Part shown: piece after piece, positions 51,314-64,000 of the stretch
How positions within the stretch are numbered: position 1 is the first letter of the stretch
Layout: every line of letters starts with the position of its first letter
Source: Saccostrea echinata
Taxonomy: Eukaryota
DNA length: 64,000 bases
Assembly: GCF_033153115.1 (NCBI RefSeq)
Contig: NW_026889785.1
Location: 6,386,001-6,450,000, forward strand
Direction of reading: 5' to 3'
Notes under the pieces: model-generated
The model's input: the letters and a program-made list of their open reading frames with translations, nothing else
Told to the model about the DNA's origin: nothing
Database searches by the model: none
Translations under genes and position numbers: made by a program

Positions 51314-52601
51314 TTAAGGGAATTAACACCAGCACAAATTTTACACCGAAATATTTCCCAGGGTGTTGTATATTGCTGACTTGGTTATTTTTGGTAAACA
51401 CCGAGCCGCACCGAAATATTTACCAAGGTGTAGCTCTGATGATTGGTTAATTAGGGAATTGAATTAAAAATAAAATATTCATTGATAATACATATAACTT
51501 TGGAAATTATTAGGTAAGTTAGGTGAATAAAAGAAGTTGGGGTGAATTAATCTCATTATTTTCATAAGTTTCTTGATTTTCTTTAAACTGTAAATAAATG
51601 GTAGAATAGAATTGGTTTTATTTCTTGAAGAAAAGTAAAGGTTATCTATTAATATAAGAATTACTTTTATCAAATTGATACATTGGAATTTATATATTGG
51701 GGTTTACTAGTTCAGTGGATTATTGTTTGTGGTACAGTGTGTGATTCAATATGGAGTATTAAATAATTTTCACAATAAAAACCACGTTCCCTATAAAAAT
51801 TGTGTTGACGAGTTCGCCTCGCGTCACATTATCGTTGTCTGGCTTTGTAGTCATTTGATATCTAGATTGAGTCTGATTATTCCAGGAGCAATATATAATT
51901 ATTGTCGAAAAAAGTTTCAAATTCCAAATTCCGTTTCTAGCCAGTTAGATACTTTGCATCGTTGCTACGAGCATTGTCATGAACGAGCTATGTTCAAAAC
52001 TAAATTTGCATCGAAGTTAAGGCAGACACGAAATATTCTGTTAGACATTAAGTCATCTATTCACAAATCTATTTACAAGAATATGCCACTTTGTCGACTT
52101 GGGTACACTTCAAGAGTGTATCATTTTACTTTACTTGTCAATGAAAGGACAAGCTTTATTTCTCCACCAATCATCAAGTTCCACTGAATTGGAGCAGAGT
52201 TTCAATGGAATGTAGAGTTAGTGTCTGATCGGGAGGAACACTAAAAAAGTTAAAAAAAATTCGGGAAATGTACAAAAAAGATAAAACAGAGTTACATATG
52301 TTCAGTAATTTGAATTATTACAGTCACAATCTGATTTTTTTGAATTTCATTGTTAATACTGGAACTGTTTCAAACAGTTTGTTTTTCAAAACCGCTGTTA
52401 ATTAAAGTGATGTACAGCAGCCTACTTCAAACGATTGATTTGTTATTTTTTCTGTTGTTTTAATTTCCTCGGAAAAAAGATTTTCATCATATCATCCCAT
52501 TTTTTCACCAATGACTTGTGACTAAACTAAAGAACATTTGTCAAATTATTGTTTGTTTTGGGATCTGGCGACTATTTCTCTGTGTCTAAGATCTCTATTA
52601 T

Positions 52602-52602
52602 G

Positions 52603-52647
<45 letters not shown>
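52602..52647. repeat. (AT)n(GA)n compound microsatellite
   Basis: Directly visible; abuts the 3' end of a Penelope-like tail. Confidence 0.95.
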
Positions 52648-52651
<4 letters not shown>

Positions 52652-52780
52652 GAATATAATTCAAGCTTAAAAGTCAATTAAACAATACAAACCAGGAGCA
52701 GAGCAAACACGGACCTCTAGAATATCAAACGTGGGATCAGGTGCCATGGAGGAGTGAGCATCTCCTTTCGAACGGCCATA

Positions 52781-53432
52781 GGTGGCAAAGGATAGTTTTT
52801 TTTTCAATGCCAAACATGTGCCGAGGGGGTACATATATACATGCGGTCCATAAAAACATGTACATGGGGACATTTTTCCGGGGGCTAATTAATTTCACTT
52901 CATATGCCCATGGCTCACAAATTATGTCAACAAATTACATGTAATCTACCTATTGAGTGCACATGTACCAAAAATGCACCTTGGGACTCCCCAGATTTTG
53001 ACTTGTTTTTCCAAGATTTGGGCCTCAGACACACCCATACAGCTCACCCCTAGGCCCGAGCGAGCTGGATGAAACATCTAGTATTCTGCAAATCAATGCA
53101 TGCCCTAATGAAAATTCACCAATTGATATGGGGCCATTCACCTTCCCTCTGAGATACACACCTTCTTCTAAGCCATACTGCTGAACTTCCTCTGCAACTG
53201 ACCACGTCTTAGTTTCGCATTTACAACTCTGTATATGATAAGCGTCATAGTGACTCCTACATGTTGCACATTATTTTTTTTTTTCAGCAAACACTCTGCT
53301 ACACTGCAATTGTGTCCCATAATTATTCTAATCATTTTTCTACATAAAATATCACATAAAACAGGGTATATCTCATTTTTAAAGAAATTTTACCGGGTCT
53401 TTAGTACGAAACTACCGGTATCCCCTGCCACC
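52781..53432. mobile_element. 652-bp MITE with 3-bp TSD (PIF/Harbinger-like)
   Basis: ATA|ggtggcaaaggata ... tatcccctgccacc|ATA. The flanks rejoin into the Penelope-like tail. Confidence 0.8.
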
Positions 53433-53575
53433 ATACCGTTCGTGTGCTTCTTGTCATGATCGGGAAATAACGGAGTATGATGGTAATATGATTCTTCTGG
53501 AGACTCGTCTGTTTGCTGGCCTATGCTTAGGACATCAATGTCAAAACTGTTTTTGGATTTTTATGAAGCGCATGA

Positions 53576-53925
53576 TTGATTGATTGATTGTATGTTGTTT
53601 AACGTCCCATTCGAGAATTTTTCACTCATATAGAGACGTCACCATATACCGGTGATGGGCTTAAAATTTTGACCTTTACTCGGCACTCAGGGCCATTGAA
53701 CAGTGAGGGATCTTTATCGTGCCAACGCCTGCCGAGACACGGGGCCTCGGATTTTAAGGTCTCATCCGAAGGACCCGCAACTTTCACTTCAAAGTGCCGA
53801 GCACATGGCGAAGGAACAGTTGCTACCCATTTTTTATCGACTTGGGTCAGTCGCGGCCGAGATTCGAACTCACGACCTCCCGATCACGGAGCGAGCGCTC
53901 TACCGACTGAGCTACCGTGAACGGT
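53576..53925 (-). mobile_element. Young tRNA-derived SINE, copy 4
   Basis: TSD tgaagcgcatga at 53564-53575 and 53926-53937. Confidence 0.95.
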
Positions 53926-55354
53926 TGAAGCGCATGAAGAATGATTCTGTAAGATTTGTCAGCAAATACAATTTATCATCAATTCAAATGCTGACTTTTT
54001 TCATATTAATTGTTAAGCCATTATTTACACACTGAATTGTCGACGGATTTTTCCGTTATTTCCCGATCATGACAAGGAACAGACGGCGGGTGTGAGCGGT
54101 CGGCAAGGGATTCTCACTCCTCAATGGCACCTGATCTCACCTCTGATGTTTTGGAGGTCCGTAATTTGCTCTGCTCCAATTTTGTATAGCTTAATGGACT
54201 TTTGAGCTTGATTACTGTTCGTTATCTCCATATATTTCATTGCAATCAGGAGTGACATAAGATGTTGAACTGAATTCACAAATAACACTCTCATCTAATG
54301 TCAGAAAGGGATTGTTTCTGTACTCTGCAGGTAGGTTCTCCCACTGCCAACCTGAAACATTTCTAATGATTGCTAAAAAGCAATTACGAGGCAAATGATG
54401 TTTGGCCGCGTCCTCACAGTCACAAAATCTTACTGAAAACTCAGGTGGTGAAAAAAGGACACAATAAACTTGTGAGCTCTAAGGAACCTGACTCTTTATA
54501 AGAAACTGGTCTTCTCATTATGAATATATTTCATCTAATGAAATGTATCCTGGTTCTTCCCATCTTTTAAAGCAGTGCTTTACAACATATCTTGGGCGAT
54601 TAATTAAAAAGAATGGGAATATCAGGATTGTACTTCATGGATTATTCTGCGGATATCAAATTCAGTTTCACATATCTGAAATTCCAAAATATGGTAAATC
54701 ATTTTCTTTTCAGATAATTAGTGACGTACCTGTATAAAAAGAATATTAAACATTATCACATATTGCAGCAAAAGGTAGCATTAATGTAATGTATATTCAG
54801 TTTACTACCTTTTGTTAATATCTGGAAGAAAATCATTCCACGAAATTGTAAGTTAGACTGTTTGTTGTTTAACGTCCCTCTCAAGAATTTTTCACTAAAA
54901 TGGAGATGCTGAAATAGTACGAAGGTGACAAAGTGACTTTCATTGCTTCAAGAAATTCATATTTAAAGGTCTTGTTCTCTCAACGCCATTGATGGTATTA
55001 ACAGAAGTGTAATATCTTTTCTGTCGGAAAGCTTGCACCCATCTCAACAATTAAGAAAATTACATTTACTCAACAAATTAACTTATTTAAAGCAAGTTTC
55101 AGATTACATAAATGTATGCAGTACAGTTAGACAAGAAATCTATCTCAAATGTGTTCACAATTTTTGTGGACATATGCTACATATGTATGTATGCAATGTA
55201 CACATATAATTATTTTGCCTTATATTTGTTCAACCATCTGCCTTTAAACCATTTTCTGAATCTGTTATTTTCTGTCCAAAAGTGACTTTTCTGAGGAAGA
55301 AAATAAAAAAGATTCAATTACGGGTTTAACTACATAGAAAAAAGCAGTTAAAAA

Positions 55355-55985
55355 CAGTGTTCGAAATTAGCGTCGGCCCGTCGGTCCTGCGCCGACGTAC
55401 AGACGGAAGGACTCACGAATAGTATGACTAAATGGGTCCTTGAAATAATTTTGGGCCGATGATGATTTCTTCTTTTCATGTGCATTTTAAATAAATACTG
55501 AAGATTTAATTTTTTTTTCCTGCGTGGAATAAATTTACGCTATATGTATGCGGTTACAAACTTTCTACGGAAAATTGTCCAAGTATACTTAAGTACATTT
55601 TAACAACATATTGTGGTAATCTAAGAAACCTGTGTAATTTTCTACCCGCCGATTTTAAAAACAGAAATTGTAATTTCAAGGAAAAATCTAAACACATGTT
55701 AAGCTCTTTACGTGTTATATATGACCAAGTAAGACTGTTTGACGATTAATGTTTTACCGTTTCACATATTGTTAATACTTGCGAGTTGTAGGTACCCTTT
55801 ATTAAATTGACATATTTAATATGAAGCGATAAACTTACCGAGATCATCAATACGTAAAAGTTTATTTTTCCCAAATATTTTATGGTATAATTTTTGGGCC
55901 TACGCTGCCCTGGAAGGATTCATGTGGTCCCTTTCTCTGTGGGTCCTTTGGACCCATAGAAAATAATTCTGAATTTCGAACACTG
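55355..55985. mobile_element. hAT-type MITE in a MULE intron
   Basis: 14-bp TIR cagtgttcgaaatt; 8-bp TSD gttaaaaa / gttataaa. Confidence 0.85.
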
Positions 55986-56712
55986 GTTATAAATAGTAAA
56001 TCAAAACGGGGTGAAATTATATTATGACAGTTTCATTAACAATGAAAATACTAGTAATAGGCAAAAATTTTCATTTTTGTAAATGTGCGAGAGTAAGAAG
56101 TTTTACTGTACATAAAAATAATGAAAAATATCTTTAATCTGTTACTTGACAGTTCAAACTCTTCAATGGTTTTTGATCTTGCTATAGAGCGTAGCAAAGA
56201 TAAAATTTCATCTTTATTATCTCCGACGCCACTGTGAGTTGCTTTAAGCCCTCTTTCCCATGCCTGCTCTCGATGGAAATCACAGAGATAGACAAAGGAT
56301 TCTTTAAAAAAGTGAAATAAAGATGTATGATGTGTTTTTGAAAACGTACCACCTACATTATGTCATTGGTAGTTCAGACAAGGGCCTAAATGAATGTCTT
56401 GATCTTTCAATTCATTGAGTATGAAGCATTAAAAAAAAGAAAACTTATAAACAATAAAACAACTTAAAATAGTATGTACGAGAATATTTATTAAAATACC
56501 TGGAAAAACAAATTCAGTAGAAGATATTTCTTCATATGCATAGTCACAAATAAAATATGCTGGCTTCCTATTTGCGTTCCACAATTTTATGATAGATAGG
56601 GCTTCCTGGATGGATATACTGTCCTCTTTTTCAACTATGAATGTGACAACAGTCATGGAGTTTACATTTGTAGACACACATTGGAAATAAAGAGGCAAGG
56701 TGTATCTGGTTG

Positions 56713-57843
56713 TTATACCCCCACCCCCACCCCCAAACGAAGTTTAGGAGGTTATTGGAATCGGCATGTCCGTTTGTCTGTAGACGAGATTTTGTCCCGA
56801 CCATTTCTTGGAAACTGTTGTAAGGATTTCTCTGAAAATTTGTACACTTATTATTTGCCATATGAAGGTGTGCACCTGGTATTTTCATCATGATTCGGTA
56901 ATTTTTTTGCATCTTACAGGTGTGTTTTTTTTTTTTCATTTTTATTATGTTGGTTTGTCCGGATCTGTTCCCAGAGACTACTGCATAGATTTGTATGAAA
57001 ATATGTACACTTATTATTAACCATATGAAGATGTGCACCTGGTATTTTCAACATTATTTGATAATTTTTCTGCATTTTACAGGTGTTTTTTCCCCAATTT
57101 TATTGACTTAGTCATTTCGGGTTCATATCTAATGTTTGAGACATAGAATTTTGAACATCTGTAAAAAAAAAATGTGAACTACAGCTTAAAACTACTCATT
57201 AGAACTAAAAAAAATCATTAAGTGTTAAAAACAGTTTTTACATTACACTGCACATAGTGTAAATCCATTTGTCCCTTGGGAGTAATGAGTGCACATGCAT
57301 CCAGTGAAAGATTAATTAATGAGTTCAGTGTTGGAAGCTGTTAGGGCATCTTTGATCAAACAGGTCTTATCTATATCTCCTGGGAATTGGGCAGAAAAAA
57401 AATGAAGATCAATGTTGTCTAATTCTTAATTGTAATATATGTCTGTCAAAATACATAGTTACTGGAACCAGCCTTTTATTTTTAAAATGAGTTTGATATA
57501 AAGATATTAAGATCAATTTGATTTTGTATAATTAATTATGAAATTTTTTTTTTCAACAATCAATTTGCAGAGTGTCATGTCTCACAAAGATGACAGATAG
57601 TTGCAAACTATTTTTTCAATGTAATAAAAAAAACACTGTAATTATTAGTATTGATGTTTTATTAGGCTGCACATTATATTCATTCATTAAAAAAATATAA
57701 TGAGTAATTAAATTTTCACTCTAAATGTTTAAGCAAATTGTGAACACCTCTCACATCTAGAAAACATTAGTAATTTGGTACCTTCTCTGAAAAACCCAAC
57801 GGGGGGGGGGGGGGGTATTTGTCCCTTTTGGACAGTTCTAGTT
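56713..57843 (+). mobile_element. HINE inserted at a TT site in a MULE exon
   Basis: ttataccccc.. start and ..gggggtat..ctagtt end; two ~163-bp internal units; removal restores DET*RTTRYTLP. Confidence 0.8.
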
Positions 57844-58078
57844 CTCTATGTTTCATCCAGAAGACAAATCTCATTTCCATATCTACTTAGCAATTGTCTT
57901 TGCCAAGCAGTCTGATGGACGTAGAGGAATTTGTCGACTCCATCAGCACTCTTTCCATAATTTCCAATGAATAGATCTTCATCAACAAATAACCTTTCAT
58001 CAGGATCACCACTAAAAGGATGTTCTAAAAACCATACATAAACAACATGGAAAATTCATTTTATTATTGTGTGATTTC

Positions 58079-58483
58079 TAGGAATGGGTATTGGCAGGCA
58101 ATTTTATATTGCGATATACTGCAATACTTTTTAAATGTAGTGCATTGTGCATTGTGTATTACAATATTTTCAATCTAAATTAAAATGGTCATTTCTTATC
58201 TTATTAACTTTCATTTATATGCAGAATGTACATAATTGATAATAGTTGACTAAAGATTTACTTGACAATTCAGAAATGAGAAAGAGTCAATAAACAAAAT
58301 TTCACTCCATAGACCTACTGTCTAGTACTATCGCAAATGTTTCCGACATTAACTTCATTATATTTTATATCTAATTCCTCGGAGCAATTACCGGTAGCCG
58401 GTTTAATGTATTGCAATACAATATTTATATGTAAACAAACAGCAATACTTCAGAATATTGGTATTATTGCACAGTACGTCCTA
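58079..58483. mobile_element. hAT-type MITE
   Basis: tagga..tccta ends, tattgc/gcaata subrepeats, 8-bp TSD gtgatttc / atgatttc. Confidence 0.65.
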
Positions 58484-60582
58484 ATGATTTCTTAGAATGA
58501 GCATATAGAAAAACTACTGGGTTACCTTGTACTTGATCAGTCTTAATTCTTCAATAGTACTTGTCGTCTTTATGGAGTGACCTCTGATCCTCAATCATTC
58601 CTTGAACCTCTTTCTAATAAAATTAGTTTAAAATATTTCATTTTTTTTACTTTTAAATATATCTGCAGACTTATTAATAAAAATACAATTACACTTCTTT
58701 ATAGGTTGATCAGTATTTTTGGATAGAAATTATGTCTTATTGCATTTAAAGACAAAACAAGAAATATGTTTCCTTAATGTGAGTGAAATACCCTCATTAT
58801 ATACATTTAAGTAATGTTTGTGGAAAGACATTTGACTTTGCATACAACCTGTTAATGTCTTACATGTGGTAGACTAGTTGTGGATATACATGTAGAATAA
58901 AATGGACTGTTGGACTAATCCTATGTCCTCGACACATTTTTTCATAAATAACTAAGCACTTAAATTTTTAATGAGCATGTTATTATTTTTTCCAATACCA
59001 GATCAAAACTGTTATCTCTTAGTTTGAGAAACTGTGTTGCCATACGGTTATAAATGTCTTTCAATGAAGGTGATCTTTGATCCTTTTTAATCTTTAACCT
59101 AACCATTTGTATTTCAGATTATTTTACCCCAATCTATACCTAGATTTGTACTTACCGATTGTCTTAGGTACTGTCAACTTCATGAAATATAATCCAATTA
59201 AAACACACAATGAATTAATTCCTACTGATATATGTAATGATGTGTACACCATTTGCAATCCAAATGATGATGGTAAACCTAGTGCTAGTAGGGTGACGCA
59301 AGTCCAATGTGATGTAGAAAGTAATGTTCAAAGAGGTGTACACATTTATAGTATAAGGACAAATTTTACATTATCATTACAAACGATGTTTTTAACATAA
59401 CTTTGCTATCTATTTCCAAAAACAGGCAAATGTTGGGGGGGGGGGGCAAAATTGATTGGGTGTGGCTTTTCGAGCAGGTTTTTGCCTACCCAAATACTGA
59501 AAAAAGTTTGCACGATTTGTTCGATTCTGCAATTTGGCATCTAAGTTCATCAAAAATGCTTTGCACTAATTTAATATTATTAGAAAATAAAAGTAAAATG
59601 TTCCAATTATGGGCCAAAACTTTATATCCCCCCTTTTATCAAAACCTTATATATAATTAACATCATTAATTAAATTCTGTAATTTTAAACTGGTAATGAA
59701 TTAAGTATAAGAAATACCTACAAGAAGCTCATGGGTCACATGGTCACCTGAGCATTTTATGCTCAATTTGACAAATACATGTACTGTGTAAATTATTTAA
59801 TTATTTTGGCTTTTTCCTCGATTATCCCAATATGAAGAGGTGTGCATTTAGAGGCAAACACCTTAGTGCGGGAATTACTGTCTTATGACAGCATCTAGTT
59901 AAAAAATGTTCTCATAAATATTATAACCCTTCCGCCACTGTCGCCCGGGATGGAACTGAGAGAAAATGTGTATTTTATAATACAATTTTAATACATCAAA
60001 TATTGTCTAGACGATGAGGGAAGATATTTTGAATTTTGTTAGTGTTGTTGTTGAACGTCCCTGTCGAGAATTTTTCACTCGTATGGAGACGCCACAACTT
60101 GCCGGTGGAGAGCTGCAAATTTTAACCTATGTATGTTTTCGACGACGACAATATGTACCGTCAGACATCCTAGGGCAGGGGTGAGGATTCATCATATGAG
60201 TCATATTAGGATTATATCTGTTCAGATCAAGACTCTGACAGTGATACAGAGTTTTGAATGTTTTACAGGCAAAAATAATAAATGCCAATTGTTTTCTTAG
60301 GGCTGGTTGATCTTTAGCAGGACTGACAACTTTTACCAGCTGTCAGCCCTGAGTGTGTACCTAATTTTCTAACGAGTTTAAAACACTGGTATAATTTATA
60401 GAAATGGAGATGTTACTATTTTTTGTTTGGAAATCAATTTCATTTGAAAAATAGCCTGTGGATGGCAAGCCGCTGTCTATCGAAAAATAGGCCACCTAGG
60501 CCAAACAAGAGAGAAGAAAAGTAAGCACGAAAATTTAGAGCTTTGATTAGTGAATTAGGGATGCTCACTCTTCCATGGCACC

Positions 60583-60661
60583 TGGTGGATCTAGTTCTAG
60601 TGGGGCTGGCACTGCTGGTAGATCTAGTTCTGGTGGGGGTGGCACTGCTGGTGGATCTAGT
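60583..60661. repeat. 33-bp tandem repeat (~2.4 copies)
   Basis: tggtggatctagttctagtggggctggcactgc repeated; directly follows a Penelope-tail fragment (gggatgctcactcttccatggcacctg). Confidence 0.85.
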
Positions 60662-63086
60662 GTGTGTCCCGAAATATCCTGTTACTTCTTCACAGCATTT
60701 TTTCATATTTTCTTCTGAGAAGAATAGGTTTGACATTAATTTTTGTCCCTTTGTTGTTAGGAAGTTAACAACTTTAACCTTAAAAGTTCGATCAGTTGCT
60801 TTGCTATGAGGGATTGAAATGAAAAAAAAGGGCAACCGAAAAGTGCTAAACCAAGGAGCGGCCCTGTTTATATGCGATATATTGAAGAAGGAGACAAGAG
60901 AAAACTGGTGCTGTACCAAAGAAAATAAACTCTTAAATATAGCTGGTATTTGATTGTATATATATATATATATATATATAAAGATTCACTTTCAATAATT
61001 TTAAAAATTTATCACATTCACTTGTATCTTCAGCAGTGTGTCGGCTGTCCATGTGGTCTCTGATATTTCTTAAATCTTTACAAATTTTAATTAGAATGGT
61101 CTTCTTCTCATTCTTTATATCCTCCTAAAGATGATTCTGCTGCAAACCTAATAAATGCACAAAATAATGTACAGTTGTTGTGTACTTTCACTACTTTGTA
61201 ATGTTGTCATTAACTTTTAAAAATCAATCATGATTTTTACTATGGGCTACATTTTTTTGAAAGGGTGGGGGTTAAAAAAAATTATACCCATTTGAACGTC
61301 CTGATCCTCTTGCTTGTCCAAATCCTGTAGAATATGTTCAGTTACATGTATGTCCTGTTTATTTGTCTGATAATATGAAAACAGGTTCTTAGTTACAAGT
61401 TACGGAATTTACTTTTGAATATTCCGAAATAAAATGATAAAGGTTGCCTTTGCATTTTAGGGGAAAACTAACAAATTCGGAATCCAGCACTTTTTTGGAC
61501 AGACTGGAAGGAGTAACTTGTCGTTTGGGTGTCAGCAGGTATTCTGCGTCCCTTTACTATGCCCCCATTATTTCCTTCCTCAAGTTTATATGATAAATAA
61601 GAAAGTCTTTATTGTCTTTGCCTGTTGATCCAGACATACATTTGTTAAGGTTCTTCGTAATTTAGATAATATAATTTTCTTTGATATGTCATAATGAGAA
61701 ATATATGTAGGAAAAAACTTTTAGAGTACAACTGTATTAATTAAAATAAAGACAATAAATTTCACATACTCTTTCTGTATTTTTAAAGGAAATAAAATTT
61801 TATACATTTATATGTGGATACACAGGCATGTTTACCACATATGATCTACGTATGATTTTCATATGTAGATCATATGATTTGAATCCTCACACTATAGAAT
61901 TACTTTAAAGATGAACAAAAATAAGATTTTACTGCGATTTCTACAGAACTCAAGCATTTTCATGTATCAACATATACCCTTTCCTGACAACAGCATATCA
62001 GCTTGATGCTCCATACTGGCTGAATTCATCTTCTCTGCGAAGATGTTGGAAGAATCTCTGAGCCCTGCTGACGCTTAAAAATTTCAAAATAATCATGTCA
62101 TAATAAGCAAAGAAATTTTAAGCGATATGAATTTTTCTTGAAACACATTAGAATATGAATGATGAATTAGTGCATGCCTATATAAAGGCAATATGCTACT
62201 TGTTATTGGTTTATAACTTCCCTTACTTACGCAGCAATTTACCCTTTTCACCTGCATTCAATGAAGCGCATTAAAGTTCCTCATTAGTCCATGATTTTTT
62301 TCAAAAGGATCTCGATGTAATTGACAGGATTACCATGCCTTTGGATGTCATCGCCCTAAAAAGGTATCATTGAACAACTTTAAGTGAATATAGGAATAAG
62401 TTGGATTTTTTAAAATATGTTCTTGTATTGTTGACTAAATGCTTACATTGAAGAGTACTTTGACATTTGTTAGCTAATAAAGTCAACTCTATTAAAGGAC
62501 TTATAACAGATGAAAATAATCAGAGACTTACCATATGCAAACAAAAATGTATCTTCTTCTTTGCTCCTAGCTGTGGAATTTTTCTCCCTACATATGCCAT
62601 GTATTCCCCTAGTTCGATCTCTATGTCAGGCTTTGACAGCTGAACATGTTTTGAAACCTAAAATTTTAATCATGGATAAAATGAGCACATGCATGTATAT
62701 GGTATCTAATGTGAAATGCATGGTAAGGCAGAAAATAAAGTTATCGTAAACAATACATTTTTTTCTTTAAGTATAAAATGCAATACATGTATAATATGCA
62801 ATTAATTTTTTATTCCTTACCAGTGCTAGTCGTTCTAAAGCCTTGACGTATGTCCTTTTTAGTCCGACAAAAGCCATATTGGGAGGAGCGATCTGAAGCT
62901 AGTGAACAAAATGCAAAAACAAGGGATTATTTTTGGAGGTAAATTTAAGACTTGTAATTAAATAAAAAAAAAAGGAAGTATTACTAATTGAATTTTTTTT
63001 CAGAAAATTTTGTATGTTGTTTAACGTCCCTCTTGAGAATTTTTCACTTATATGGAGTCGCTTTTTCAGAAAAGAAATTGGTATTA

Positions 63087-63576
63087 CACAGCTAATTGTT
63101 CCACGTACGTGTAACGTATGGTAGCACATACCATATGTTACACATACGTGTATTCCAACCGCACGTTACACGTACGTGGTACAACGTATGGATAACGTGC
63201 GTGTGACAACATACTTATCACATAATGTACGTATGTGTTATGTACGTTTCACGTACGTGTAACATATGGTATGTGCTACCATACGTTACACGTACGTTTA
63301 TAAACGCATGGTTTACATATGTATTGTAAACCATACGTTACACATACGTTAATAAACGCATGGTGTACATATGTATTATAAACCACACATTATATTTCAC
63401 ACACATGGTTTACATTTTTTATTAACAACACGTTACACATACGTTAATATATGCATGGTTTACATGTATTATAAACCACACATTACATGTACGTTAATGA
63501 CAAGTATGAGTATTATCAACTACGTTACATGTACGTTAATAAAATTGTTTTACATATGTGTGAAAAGCTAGCTGTG
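63087..63576. mobile_element. Palindrome-rich MITE with CACAGC termini (EnSpm-like)
   Basis: cacagcta...tagctgtg ends; 48-bp internal inverted repeat (63102-63150 versus 63250-63298); many acgtacgt/catacgtta units; no clean TSD. Confidence 0.55.
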
Positions 63577-64000
63577 TTTCAGAAGGCTGTATATTTTCTA
63601 TACTACATATAATGGTACTTTTACGTACATGTACGATAAATGTAGGTCAACTATAAATTCAATCCTTTTTATTTTTTTAATTTCAATTTCGTTTAATTAA
63701 TTAGTAAAATTATTATTTAATTTTAGTCAGTAAGTGAAAAAAAAATCCCTAAAAGTTTTATTGCTGCTGGGACTATAATATTCTTACGTAAATTGGTAAA
63801 ATTTTCAAACACAGGAACTTCTTTGTACAAAAGTACACCTAAGACCAAATACTTTTTTTTACTTAATAGTTCAAAGTGAATTTGGAGAACTAATCAAGAT
63901 AATGTTTAACAATCAATAACCTGTAATTTATGAATCAGACTGAGAGTATTGCGTCCATCTTGGTCTAAGTATAAAAAACCCTCTTAAAACGGGACATTAG

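Larger units (their letters stand above)
52643..54242. mobile_element. Inverted pair of Penelope-like 3' tails (minus: 52643-52780 + 53436-53474; plus: ~53950-54242)
   Basis: Both match 25370-25660; interrupted by a MITE and separated by a SINE. Confidence 0.8.
54243..58612 (-). pseudogene. Multi-exon MULE (Mutator-like) transposase with SWIM zinc finger; disrupted
   Basis: FLYVHQTAWQRQLLSRYGNEICLLDET*RTTRYTLPLYF, FICDYAYEEI, LCDFHREQAWER, WVQAFR..NTINGVER, degenerate SWIM CDCED..HLPRNCFLAI. GT/AG introns; cut by a Penelope-like tail at ~54243. Confidence 0.85.

Noticed and set aside
51723-52187. 154-aa ORF; possible PHD-finger relic of a LINE ORF1 (..STWVHFK..)
   Set aside because: Needs several frameshifts to form the motif and no RT or endonuclease follows; too weak to call.
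60440-60919. 159-aa ORF with TRSTSSA repeats
   Set aside because: Explained by the 33-bp tandem repeat plus a Penelope-tail fragment; no recognisable domain.

Overview
AT-rich animal DNA, most likely from an oyster (Ostreidae). This is inferred from a ~166-bp Cg170/HindIII-like satellite inside HINE/Helentron repeats and from bivalve-type SINEs. I see no intact host gene, rRNA, genuine tRNA or CRISPR array. The window is a nested graveyard of transposable elements. Main coding relics: a hAT transposase (5063-7794, +); a Helentron Pif1 + AP-endonuclease fragment (~15.8-17.1 kb); a complete Sola1 element with a five-exon transposase (18108-23406); Penelope-like RT fragments; a near-complete ~9.2-kb Helentron (36811-45989) encoding DUB-Rep-Pif1 plus a spliced RPA70-like gene; a decayed piggyBac (45992-51313); and a spliced MULE-SWIM transposase (~54.2-58.6 kb, -). 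There are also four young tRNA-SINEs with TSDs and many MITEs. The most striking signal is a herpesvirus-tegument-like (VTD, peptidase C76-type) deubiquitinase domain (HQG...QC..IS...FDSH) at the N-terminus of two unrelated transposon proteins, the hAT transposase and the Helentron Rep-helicase. Other candidates: a conserved folded RNA at the 3' end of the Penelope-like element, a SINE whose head resembles an intron-retaining pre-tRNA-Tyr, and three paralogous OB-fold ssDNA-binding genes. All family calls come from reading motifs by eye; no searches were run.
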